40,795 nt of DNA from Armatimonadia bacterium (GCA_039683575.1 JBDKRC010000278.1:1-40795); one strand, 5' to 3'; positions 16,916 to 25,959 are shown, counted from the first letter of the stretch. Notes: generated from the letters alone by a model not told the origin. Made by a program: numbers and translations.

Positions 16916-18354
16916 TGCATACTGGCGAGGCCCTGCAGCGGGTGGGAGAGCTTAGGAACACGTACGGCAGCGCCACCGCGGCGCTGCCGTGGCTGGATGC
17001 GTGCCGCGATGAGGACGATCCGCCGGCATTTCCTACCTATGCGACGGACCTCCGCCTGCCAGCGGTCCCGAGAGTGCTCGCGGGTACAGCGCTGCCCTCG
17101 TCTGGGCCGCTGCTGGCCGTGTATGCCCCGCAGTGCGGTCCGCTGGAAACCGTGGCGGCGGACTGCGCGCGAACCCGGACACCACTCGTCATTCGCCATA
17201 CGGATATTGACCTCCCGCGCCTCGGTGATTTAGCGCAGGTGCATCCTGCCCTGCCTCTGGTCATCGAGTCCGGCCCCCTGAAGCTCCTGTACCACATTGC
17301 GGTTATTGAGAGGCTCCTCCAGGCCAACCCCAACCTCTGGCTGTGCACCTACAACCTCTGTAACTGGCTGGGGCTGGAACGCCTCTGTGCTGCCGGAGTG
17401 GGAGACAGGCTGCTTTTTGGCACGCATGGACCACGTTACGACGCCCATGTCTCGATGGCGCCGGTGGCGCTGGCACAGTTGACCTGGGATCAGAAGTGTG
17501 ACCTGGCGGGGAACAACTTGCGGCGTCTGCTGGGTTTGTCAGCGGTGTCCGCGCCGCAGCCCTCCGCTGCCATCTGTGACGCGCCTGCGGCGTTTATCAT
17601 CGACAGCCACGGCCACAACGGCCCGCCCGGCAAATTCCCCACTCCCGATGAGCACTTCGCGCCGGCAGACTGGCTGCGGTTCATGGATGGCTCCGCCATC
17701 GAGCGTCTCTACCTCACGCCCATGGCAGCGATTGATGACCCGGCGGGCAGCAGCCGGCAGGCGACCTCGGCTCTGCTTGAGGCGGCCCCGGATCGTTTCC
17801 GGTACTATACGGTGTTCCATCCCGGTGGAGACGTGGAGGAGTTGGGGGCTGAGGTTGATAACCCCCTCTGCGCTGGCATCAAGATCCACCCTTCGATGCA
17901 CGGGGTGCCCGCGGACGACCCCGCCTACCGCGCGGCCTTTGAGGTGTCTGCGCGCGTCGGCAAGCCGGTGCTAACCCACTCCTGGGAGAACTCGCCCACC
18001 AACCCGACGCAGCACCTATCTCACCCGAAGCGGTTCGAGGTCCACTTGCGTGCTTGTCCGGGAGCTCGGCTGATCCTCGGCCATGCCGGAGGCCGTCCCT
18101 CTACCGCCGAGACAGTGGTCGACCTGTGCAGGCGCTACCCCCAGGTCGTCGTGGACCTGGCGGGCGACTACTTCGACAGTGGTCTGGTGGCAATGCTGTG
18201 CGACCGCATCGGCCCACGGCGCGTGCTGTTCGCCAGTGACATGAACTGGATCGATCCGCGCTGCCTGCTCGGCGCAGTGTTAGGGTCGCGATTGTCAGAT
18301 GACGACGTCATGGGCTGCCTGCGCGGCAATGCCCTGGCCTTCTTTGGTCAGTGA
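16915..18354 (+). CDS. Amidohydrolase_2-family protein with tandem (degenerate plus intact) TIM-barrel domains (479 aa)
   Basis: TGATG overlap with the kinase stop. The N-half ends in DRLLFGT..P...GNNLRRLL. The C-half has IIDSHGH, GIKIHP, VLTHS, ILGHAGG, RVLFASD, GNALAFF. Confidence 0.8.
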   Translation: MHTGEALQRVGELRNTYGSATAALPWLDACRDEDDPPAFPTYATDLRLPAVPRVLAGTALPSSGPLLAVYAPQCGPLETVAADCARTRTPLVIRHTDIDLPRLGDLAQVHPALPLVIESGPLKLLYHIAVIERLLQANPNLWLCTYNLCNWLGLERLCAAGVGDRLLFGTHGPRYDAHVSMAPVALAQLTWDQKCDLAGNNLRRLLGLSAVSAPQPSAAICDAPAAFIIDSHGHNGPPGKFPTPDEHFAPADWLRFMDGSAIERLYLTPMAAIDDPAGSSRQATSALLEAAPDRFRYYTVFHPGGDVEELGAEVDNPLCAGIKIHPSMHGVPADDPAYRAAFEVSARVGKPVLTHSWENSPTNPTQHLSHPKRFEVHLRACPGARLILGHAGGRPSTAETVVDLCRRYPQVVVDLAGDYFDSGLVAMLCDRIGPRRVLFASDMNWIDPRCLLGAVLGSRLSDDDVMGCLRGNALAFFGQ

Positions 18355-18384
18355 CGCCGGGGTGCTCCCTGCGGCCAGAAACAC

Positions 18385-19539
18385 TCAACGCGCTCTCGCC
18401 TTGGCATCAATCTCCCCGATCTTGAACCGAACACTCATGATGAACGGCTCCTCGCCCTCAATCCAGTGCCCGTAGGTTGTGACCACGAACGTCCCGTCGG
18501 GCAATAGCTCGACTGCGGGGTAGGCGCAATCGCCGCCCTGCTTGTTGTCCATCAGACGCACGCGGTACTGTCCCTCCCGCCCCTCGACGATGTCCTCATA
18601 GGTGCCTATCCAGCCGACCCAATCACCCTGTGTGGGGCTCTGGCGTGTCGTGTCGCGGAAACTGACGAATAGCCGCCCGTCAGGGGCATACAGCGCCTGG
18701 TGGCGGTCGCCCGTCAGTGCCGCCGGTAGTTCGCGCGGCGGGGTCCACGTGCTGCCCTCGTCGTTGCTAAAGATGACAAAGGAGTTGTAGCGCCGGCTGT
18801 TTTCACGCAGCAGCAGGGCGATCTGGCGCCCGTCGGGCGACCTCACCGCGCCGGGCTCGCAAAGGTGAGCGGCCGGATGCTCGGCGATCGCGGCGGGCTC
18901 GCCCCAGGTCAAGCCGCCGTCGCTGGAGAGGGTCTTGTACACGCGAAACCGCATATCCGTGCCCTGGGCCTTCAGGAAGCGTCCGTCGTCGTGGAAGAAG
19001 GCCATGTAGCGTCCGTCCAGCAGGCGAAGGCAGTCGGCCATGGCGACGATGCCGCCGAAGTCGCCGACGGGCGCCAACGGTGACCAGGTCTCACCTTCGT
19101 CCTCGGAGACGGCCATGCGTATGGGATACAGTCCCGAGAACATGATCAACCGTCGGTTTCCCTGGGGATCGACCGTCGGATAGACTGTCGGGACCTCCAG
19201 CGAGGTGGCCCAGTTCTCCGGCACCGGCAGACGGTCGCTCCAAGTGAGGCCACCGTCAGCGCTCCTTTTCATCATGATGGCGCCGCGCCCGTGCCCCTTT
19301 GGGTAGACTGCGATGAGCGTTTTCCCATCCTCCAGGAGCACCGTCGTCGGGTGGCCGAGGTACTGGCCGGGCTCGCGGTCCACAATGACCTGCCGGGCAG
19401 TCTCATCCGCGAGGTCGATGAGAGGGATTGTATAGCCAGGCGCCTGAGTCGAGACAGGAGCGTCACTGCTTTGTGCAGGCATAGGAACCTCCAGGGTCAA
19501 GCAACATACAATCGATGCGCGGATTGCGGCCGCCATCAT
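18385..19539 (-). CDS. BNR/Asp-box beta-propeller, sialidase-like protein
   Basis: YLGHPTTVLL, Asp boxes SADGGLTWS, SEDEGETWS, SSDGGLTWG and SNDEGSTWT, LCEP, DCAYP. Start is ATG 19539/19536 (signal-peptide-like) or ATG 19482 (own GGAGG). Confidence 0.85.
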   Translation of the reverse strand: MMAAAIRASIVCCLTLEVPMPAQSSDAPVSTQAPGYTIPLIDLADETARQVIVDREPGQYLGHPTTVLLEDGKTLIAVYPKGHGRGAIMMKRSADGGLTWSDRLPVPENWATSLEVPTVYPTVDPQGNRRLIMFSGLYPIRMAVSEDEGETWSPLAPVGDFGGIVAMADCLRLLDGRYMAFFHDDGRFLKAQGTDMRFRVYKTLSSDGGLTWGEPAAIAEHPAAHLCEPGAVRSPDGRQIALLLRENSRRYNSFVIFSNDEGSTWTPPRELPAALTGDRHQALYAPDGRLFVSFRDTTRQSPTQGDWVGWIGTYEDIVEGREGQYRVRLMDNKQGGDCAYPAVELLPDGTFVVTTYGHWIEGEEPFIMSVRFKIGEIDAKARAR

Positions 19540-19568
19540 CTTCCCCTCTCCCCCGCTCGCCTATCCGC

Positions 19569-20378
19569 TCACACAAACATCTCGTTGGGGCGCTCGACGG
19601 GCTCGTAGACCGAGACGTCCAGACGTGCCAGTTGCTCGAGCGTGGGCACAAGCACGCCCAGAGCGCCCTCGATCATCCTCTCACCGGCCTCCGCGGTCGC
19701 CAGCTTCGGGTCGCCCACATAGCCGTGCCCGCGGGTGACCCAGCACCAGTCGGGGAAGATGCTGGCCTGGGCCGGCGCCTCGAAGGCATAGCGCCGGGCC
19801 TCGTTCTCAGGTGGGTTGGTCTCCATCCACGTGTACTGCGGGTTCAGCGCCAGATTCAGCGACGTCTCGGAGGCGCAGCCGTGCCCGCAACTCTTCTCCC
19901 CGAATCCGCCCCAGTTCATGCCGGCGGTGACCATGTAGTGGAAGCAGTACAGGCCCGGGTATTCGCGCTCCAGGCTGTGGGCGATCACCGGAACGATTGA
20001 GCTGTTGCCGCCATGCATGTTGAAGATAAGCAGCTTGCGGAACCCGTCACGCGCCAGGCAGCCGGCGATGTCCATGAACTGTGCCATGAGCGTGCTCTCG
20101 GTAACGCCGATGTTGCCCGGGTAGACAGGATTGCGCTCGTGGCCATGTTGCAGCACGATGGCGTACTTGATGGTGGGCAAGATGACGAGGTTAGCGTCGG
20201 TGGCCACGCGGTCCGCGGCGCGTTGCAGAACCCCCTCCCCCACCAGCGGGTCCGCGCAAAGCGACAGGTGTGGCCCGTGGGTCTCGATGGAGGCGACCCC
20301 GATTACAGCCGTGTCGCAGGTCTGTAGGAACTTCTCGTACTCGGGTGAACTGAAGGACTCGACATAGCGGGCAGGCAT
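19569..20378 (-). CDS. Creatininase-family amidohydrolase (269 aa)
   Basis: GAGG RBS. Motifs SIETHGPHL...D, FNMHGGN, GHGCASETS, GYVGDP.LATAEAGE. Confidence 0.88.
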   Translation of the reverse strand: MPARYVESFSSPEYEKFLQTCDTAVIGVASIETHGPHLSLCADPLVGEGVLQRAADRVATDANLVILPTIKYAIVLQHGHERNPVYPGNIGVTESTLMAQFMDIAGCLARDGFRKLLIFNMHGGNSSIVPVIAHSLEREYPGLYCFHYMVTAGMNWGGFGEKSCGHGCASETSLNLALNPQYTWMETNPPENEARRYAFEAPAQASIFPDWCWVTRGHGYVGDPKLATAEAGERMIEGALGVLVPTLEQLARLDVSVYEPVERPNEMFV

Positions 20379-20592
20379 GGTCGTACCTCTCGTGGTGATA
20401 TAGCGGTAGTCTGACGGCGTCTGGGGCTGACCCCAGCCCCGGCTTGCAGTGACACGAGCCGTTCGATGCGGCTCACAAAGCCATCTTCTTCATCGCAACA
20501 GCGAGATACCTTCTCGGTGGTGATGAAGACGTAGCGGGCGGCATAGAGCGGCACCACGGCGTCGATCCCGTTCTATGCTACCCATGGGACAG

Positions 20593-23196
20593 TCAGGGCA
20601 GCTTCTGGCGCTCCAGAATGACGATCTCGCCGCGCTCCAGGGGGACATCCCAGACGTTCCCCTTGCCGACCCTCCTGGGCGTCAGGTTCAGCCTGCTCTC
20701 CTTGCCCTCCGCATCGTAGTGCCATGCGGTCGCCTGGCTCATGTCGCCCCAGCCGTATTGGCCAGGCTTGCTGGTGATGATGCGCTCCTCACCGACCAGC
20801 CAGCCGGAGTGCAGTTCGCGGGGGGTGAAGGGGAACATGCGATTGACGCAGCCGTAGTCATAGCCCAGCGGAATGCTGTAGTAGTAGTACACGCAGCCGT
20901 ACTTGAGATTCTCCACCACATCGGCGATGAAGCCCCTGGCGTTGCGCTGGTCCTGGGGCATCTGGCCCATCGGCATGCCAAGGGCGATCGGGGTGTAAAG
21001 GTGCGTGCCACAGTCGTAGCGGGCGCCGCCGCCGGTCTCCACGAAGCGGTTCAGGCGCACCTGGCGCATGTTCCTGGTGCAGGGCTCACTGTTCGCGACC
21101 ACCACGCCGCCGGCAGCCTGGATGCGGCGGACGATCCGCTCCTGGGCGGCTGCCGAGAGGAGGCTCAGGTCGGCGTACTTGCGGGTGATCCGGTGGGTCC
21201 GGGCGTCGAGGTCCACCGTGTGGCCATCCCAGCGATCGTAGGTATAGCGGGCCCAACTGCGCGAGCCGCCATAGGAGAAGCAGTCAATGTACATTCCGTT
21301 GGCGCCACAGTCCTTCATGGCGAAATCCACGTCGTAATCAAGGTACTTCATCCAGCTATTAGTCACTATTGGCACCGGTCGGAAATCCAACCCGCCGGCC
21401 ACGATGCTGGCCAGCGGCGGATTCTGCCTCGCCAGAGGCGAAACGGTCACGTCAGCTTTGGCGACGTCGTTCGCCGGGACCATCGGGTACCTCCACACCA
21501 GCCGATAGCCGGCCGCGAAGTCATCCTTACCCACGTAGGCCGGGCTGTAGTTCAGATCATAGGCCGGCTTGCCATCGGCATTCAGGACGATGCTGTCGCG
21601 ATAGGGGTCCTGGTCCCAGGTGTCCATGTGAACGCGGCTTTCCAGCGGCGGCTCCATCATCACGAGCGTCCGGATGGTCGGGTCTACCGCGTGGATCTTG
21701 GCAGAGGCTTCCTGCCACCAGCGCTTGTGGTCCTCGCGGCTATAGGGGTACTGGTAGTTGGTCCAGGGGTGCATACAAGCCAGCTGGACGTGCCTGTCCT
21801 TCGTCCGGCCGCGGATACTCTCAACGCTCTCCCTGGCGACCGAACTGACGTGCCCAAAGAACGCGAAGGGGCCCGCGATGGGGAAGTTCACATGCCAATC
21901 CCGGCGCACCTGATTGATGAAATCCCAGTAGTCATTGTTCGAGCGTGGGTAGAGTGTCCACTCCATCGTATAGGCTGCCTTGGGGGGCAAACCGAAGTTG
22001 ATCGAGAACACGGAGGTCTGGCCCTGGGCGTGCCGCACACGGGCCTGCGCACGCAGCAGATCATCTTCCGCCAGCCAGCCCAGGCCGGTCTTCTCCTGAC
22101 CTGAAAAGACCGTGGGGTTCATGTCAATGCTATCGGCGTAGTTGTTGCCGGGGTCGCCATCGCCGCCGATGTAGAGTACCGGCAGGGGCCCACCAGTACT
22201 CACGTCATAGGAGAACTGCAGCCCGAGGTCCGCAGGCGTGAGGTTCTCGATCTTCTCGCTCACCCGCACTCGCGGCCCGTCCAGCTTGAGAGTCCGCGTC
22301 AGCCGGTAGTATCTGCCCTCGGCCACGACCAGGCCGCCCTGGGCGGTCAGGTCAGCCTTGAGTATCCTCCATTCCTGCGGCTTGCCACCCAGGTCTCGAT
22401 CCGGGCAGGCCAGATAGTTGAGGTTGCCATCGGGCCAAGTCAATGAAGTCTCCAGCACGTAGTACTCGCTACCCATCTGCACTGCCAGCGCCCCCGTCGG
22501 GGTCATCAGGAGACTGTAGCCCTCGCCCTGGACGCGCTTGCCTTTGGGGAGCGGGCGGGTGCGGGCCTGGTTGGCGGCAGAACGGTAGCTGACGGGCAGA
22601 TAGCCGACGGTAACGTCACCCAGGACAATCGGGAGGTTCTTGCCGCCGAACCATACCGGCAGGGCCACGTTGGCGAGGTGAAGCTTGTTCTCCCTGTCAC
22701 CCGAAAGCAGATCGGAGACGTCCATGACCGACCAGAAAACCTCCTCACCCTCGTGGGCCAGGCGCTGGTCAAACTGTTTGAAATCCGGGGCGAAGACCAC
22801 GTTGAGCTTGCTATCGCGCATGATTAGCTCTTCGTTCTCCATGCCCGGCACTTTCCACTGCACGTCACGGTTGAGGTTTCGCGCAGGGGAGTTGCGCAAG
22901 CCGCCAAGGCTCGGAGAGACCTTCTGCCCATTGATATCCAGGGCCAGAAAGGTGTTCCAGCCGCTGTTGGGGGTAGACGTGTCCAGGCGGGCCTGCATCC
23001 GAAGCACTCGCAGGAAGCCTTCCTTGGCCGGAATCGCCGGCACGGACAACTCAATTCCCTGCCCCATGGCAAGGCTCAGGGGAAGCTCCCGAGCCTGCCA
23101 GACCGGCTCGACCCCAATCCTCACCGAGGGGTCAGCCGCCCAGAGCGCAGTGGCCAGGACGATGAGCATGGCGACAAGGCAAACGGTGCGCTTCAT
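20593..23196 (-). CDS. Secreted hypothetical protein, putative unclassified TIM-barrel glycoside hydrolase (867 aa)
   Basis: AGGAGG RBS and signal peptide MKRTVCLVAMLIVLATALWA. Beta-sandwich region followed by DYWDFINQVRRDW, GANGMYID, WDGHTVDLD, THLYTPIALG. The GH role is inference. Confidence 0.7.
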   Translation of the reverse strand: MKRTVCLVAMLIVLATALWAADPSVRIGVEPVWQARELPLSLAMGQGIELSVPAIPAKEGFLRVLRMQARLDTSTPNSGWNTFLALDINGQKVSPSLGGLRNSPARNLNRDVQWKVPGMENEELIMRDSKLNVVFAPDFKQFDQRLAHEGEEVFWSVMDVSDLLSGDRENKLHLANVALPVWFGGKNLPIVLGDVTVGYLPVSYRSAANQARTRPLPKGKRVQGEGYSLLMTPTGALAVQMGSEYYVLETSLTWPDGNLNYLACPDRDLGGKPQEWRILKADLTAQGGLVVAEGRYYRLTRTLKLDGPRVRVSEKIENLTPADLGLQFSYDVSTGGPLPVLYIGGDGDPGNNYADSIDMNPTVFSGQEKTGLGWLAEDDLLRAQARVRHAQGQTSVFSINFGLPPKAAYTMEWTLYPRSNNDYWDFINQVRRDWHVNFPIAGPFAFFGHVSSVARESVESIRGRTKDRHVQLACMHPWTNYQYPYSREDHKRWWQEASAKIHAVDPTIRTLVMMEPPLESRVHMDTWDQDPYRDSIVLNADGKPAYDLNYSPAYVGKDDFAAGYRLVWRYPMVPANDVAKADVTVSPLARQNPPLASIVAGGLDFRPVPIVTNSWMKYLDYDVDFAMKDCGANGMYIDCFSYGGSRSWARYTYDRWDGHTVDLDARTHRITRKYADLSLLSAAAQERIVRRIQAAGGVVVANSEPCTRNMRQVRLNRFVETGGGARYDCGTHLYTPIALGMPMGQMPQDQRNARGFIADVVENLKYGCVYYYYSIPLGYDYGCVNRMFPFTPRELHSGWLVGEERIITSKPGQYGWGDMSQATAWHYDAEGKESRLNLTPRRVGKGNVWDVPLERGEIVILERQKLP

Positions 23197-23560
23197 AGAA
23201 AGCCTCCTGAGTACCGTGGCGGTTGGAAACTGTGCCTCCCGGAAGCCCGCAGGGTCCCGAAGCTAGCCTGCAGAGGCTGCAGAGCCCTCAGACTTCAGTT
23301 ACAGAGTCTGCCACCGTGCTGTTGACTTCTACCTTTTCTCACGTCATCCTCCCCGGATACTCCTGCATCTCATGCTTTCACTGCGCAGCTACTTGAGCTA
23401 CTACCCCAGAATCCCAACTGCCAGGAGAGAGCGGCTGCGGAAGGGAAGCAGAAGCAGGGCGAGGAAGGAACAGCTCGAGGACGCCAGGCTGGAAAGCACC
23501 CTCTAGACGGTCGAAGAGCATACTGGATGGATTCTATGAATATGATGGAGGTGTCAGCAG

Positions 23561-24664
23561 ATGGGCGGCTCTCTTCAGGCTGAGCATGGGATCATCTGTC
23601 GTTTGCCGGGGGAGCGTTTGGGGTATTTCGGTTGGCCTACAGTAGCCCGCATGGACGATGGTATGCTGGTGGTGGCCAGTTCTGGGCTGCGCTCGGAGCA
23701 CGTGTGCCCCTGGGGCAAGACCGTCCTCAACACGAGTACTGATGACGGCCGCACCTGGTCACCGCCGCGGGTGATACAGGATTCGCCGATTGACGATCGT
23801 GATGCCGGCGTGGTCAACCTCGGCGGCGATAGTCTGCTCACAACGTGGTTCCGCTCCGACACCCGCGAGTACGCCGCAGCCTCCTGGCTTCCCGAGGCCG
23901 AACGCGCAAGCTGGACCGAGGTCCTGAGCACCTGGACCGATGAGATGGTAGACGCGCTGCTCGGCTCGTGGGCCATGCGCAGTGAGGACAAAGGCGTCAC
24001 CTGGAGCGACCCCATTCGCGTTCCGGTGACGACACCACACGGCCCGATCCGGCTGCGGTCAGGCGATTTGCTTTATCTGGGCAAGCTGTACAGTTATTGG
24101 GAAGAGCGGGTGGAGGGCATGGTCGCCGCCTGCCTCAGCCGCGATCAGGGGCTGACGTGGGAGATTCTGGGCACTGTGCCGGTGCACCCGGACACAGATC
24201 CAGTCAACTACCATGAGCCTCATGTGCTGGAGCTGCCGTCCGGGCGCCTGCTGGGGGTAATTCGCATTCAGGACCATAGTGGCAAGACCCTCGACACTGC
24301 GGGCATACCCAACTTCAGCATGATGCTGACCGAATCGGACGACGGCGGCCGCACTTGGACCACCGCGCGCCCCCTCGGCTTCCACGGATCGCCGCCGCAC
24401 CTCCTGCGCCACTCCTCGGGCGTCATCATCCTTACCTACGGCTACCGGCTCGCTCCGTGGGGACAGCGCGTAGCCTTGAGCCACGACGACGGCGCCACAT
24501 GGGACCACGACTGGATCATCCGCGACGATGGCCCGGACAGTGACCTGGGGTACCCCTCGACTGTACAGATGGCGGACGGCTCGCTGTTCACCGTCTGCTA
24601 CCAGAAGGTGCCTGGGGACGCTAAGTGCTCCCTGCTATGGTCGCGTTGGGAACTGCCGGGCTAG
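23561..24664 (+). CDS. BNR/Asp-box sialidase-like protein, cytoplasmic (367 aa)
   Basis: GGAGGT RBS. YFGWPTVARM, five Asp boxes (STDDGRTWS, SEDKGVTWS, SRDQGLTWE, SDDGGRTWT, SHDDGATWD), HEPH, DLGYPS. Confidence 0.88.
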   Translation: MGGSLQAEHGIICRLPGERLGYFGWPTVARMDDGMLVVASSGLRSEHVCPWGKTVLNTSTDDGRTWSPPRVIQDSPIDDRDAGVVNLGGDSLLTTWFRSDTREYAAASWLPEAERASWTEVLSTWTDEMVDALLGSWAMRSEDKGVTWSDPIRVPVTTPHGPIRLRSGDLLYLGKLYSYWEERVEGMVAACLSRDQGLTWEILGTVPVHPDTDPVNYHEPHVLELPSGRLLGVIRIQDHSGKTLDTAGIPNFSMMLTESDDGGRTWTTARPLGFHGSPPHLLRHSSGVIILTYGYRLAPWGQRVALSHDDGATWDHDWIIRDDGPDSDLGYPSTVQMADGSLFTVCYQKVPGDAKCSLLWSRWELPG

Positions 24665-24687
24665 CCATTTAGTACGAGGAGACCAAG

Positions 24688-25923
24688 ATGAAGCTGCGAC
24701 CCGATCTGCTGGACGCTCGATCCCCCCGGGGTCTTCAGGTAATTCAGCTCACCACGGAGCCTGACGTGCCTGCTTCGCATATCTACATGGAGGCCCAGAT
24801 CTTCACCCCGGACTCCCAGCGGTTCGTCCTGCATCGCTCGGCTCATGCCCACGGGAGCTCCAAGGACGATCCTCTTCACCAGTATCTACTGTGCGACATC
24901 GCAAATGGCTGCGAGTTAACGCCACTGACCACCGAGACGGGGGCTACGGGCCCGTCAGTCTCGCCCGACGGGGAGTTCCTGTACTACTTCGTCAACGAGA
25001 CCGAGGTCAATGGGGGGCGATTGACGCTAAAGCGCGTGCGATTGGACGGCACGGACCGCCAGACGCTGATGGTCGTGGACGCGGCTCTGCCCGGTACAAA
25101 CTATCGCCCAAGCCGCATCTACCCGCTCTCCAGCATCTCGCCCGATGGTCGGCGGATTGCAATTTCATGCTTCCTGGGCGATGGACAGACTGAGAACGCG
25201 CCCTGGGGCCTCCTGGTCTTCGACCTCGCGGAGGCCAGCGTCAACTGCATTACCGAGGGGCAGAGCTGGTGCAACATGCACCCGCAATACAGCCGCTCAC
25301 AGGATCCCGAACAGGGCCATGACATCCTGATCCAGGAGAACCATGGCAATGTCACCGATGCCGAGGGAGTCGTCACCCTCCTGGTCGGAGGAGATGGCGC
25401 CGACATCCACGTCATCCGCGACGACGGCACGAACTTCCGCAACATGCCGTGGGGACGGGATGGCAACGAGTACTGCCAGGGGCACCAGTGCTGGCGGGGT
25501 CGCAGCGAGTGGGCGATTACAAGCACGGGCACCAAACAGCCGCCAGAGGCGCAACTCATCGAGGGCAGGGCAGTGCCACATGCGGGGCACGTCGGCCTCA
25601 ACTCGCCCGGCGCAGTGCGCAACGACCTGAGCCGGGAGTTCGACAACCCGCACTTCTACCACTTCGCCACTGACATTGCCGGGAAGCGGCTCATCACGGA
25701 CTGCGGGCCGCTCAACGAGCAGGCTACCATCTGGGCGGCGGAGCTAGGGAATGCCGGAATGGACCCGCTGACCGGCTGGACGTACCTGCTCAGTCCCCGC
25801 TCGACCTGCCTGAAGGGCGCCCACATCCATCCCTTCCTTTCGCCGGATGGGACAACGGGCTTCTTCAATTCGGACGAGTCGGGTCTGCTGCAGGCGTACA
25901 TGGTCACCGGTCTCGGCCGATGA
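24688..25923 (+). CDS. Oligogalacturonate lyase (PL22)-like beta-propeller protein (411 aa)
   Basis: GAGGAG RBS. QLT...HIYMEAQIFTPDSQRFV, HPQYS, GHQCW, and C-terminal HIHPFLSPDG..GFFNSDESG..QAY, typical of the Ogl-like family. No signal peptide. Confidence 0.7.
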   Translation: MKLRPDLLDARSPRGLQVIQLTTEPDVPASHIYMEAQIFTPDSQRFVLHRSAHAHGSSKDDPLHQYLLCDIANGCELTPLTTETGATGPSVSPDGEFLYYFVNETEVNGGRLTLKRVRLDGTDRQTLMVVDAALPGTNYRPSRIYPLSSISPDGRRIAISCFLGDGQTENAPWGLLVFDLAEASVNCITEGQSWCNMHPQYSRSQDPEQGHDILIQENHGNVTDAEGVVTLLVGGDGADIHVIRDDGTNFRNMPWGRDGNEYCQGHQCWRGRSEWAITSTGTKQPPEAQLIEGRAVPHAGHVGLNSPGAVRNDLSREFDNPHFYHFATDIAGKRLITDCGPLNEQATIWAAELGNAGMDPLTGWTYLLSPRSTCLKGAHIHPFLSPDGTTGFFNSDESGLLQAYMVTGLGR

Positions 25924-25959
25924 TCACCTGTCCCTCCCGAGAGGTCAAGCGCCACGTCT

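Noticed and set aside
13315-20378. Reading the aminotransferase/SDR/creatininase/RmlA genes as an aminoglycoside or mycofactocin biosynthetic cluster
   Set aside because: There is no glycosyltransferase, DegT-type sugar aminotransferase, radical SAM enzyme, precursor peptide or exporter. The isomerase, FGGY kinase, repressor and hydrolases point to catabolism, and rmlA is 14 kb away in a separate unit.
20303-20580. 84-aa - strand ORF (VVPLYAARYVFITTEK...) and a GGGGCTG/CAGCCCC hairpin at 20423-20440
   Set aside because: The ORF overlaps the creatininase start and has no RBS or recognisable family. The hairpin lacks a U-tract, so it is not called a terminator.
20575-22104. 509-aa + strand ORF, and similar long ORFs at 4008-5309, 26602-27924, 29584-30744, 35967-37673 and 38067-39416
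   Set aside because: They lie antisense to well-supported genes and carry no recognisable motifs. They are typical shadow ORFs of GC-rich codon usage.
23260-23410. Short direct repeats (CTGCAGAG x2, AGCTACT x2) in the divergent intergenic region
   Set aside because: Only two short copies each, with no spacer periodicity. Not a CRISPR array and not supportable as operators.
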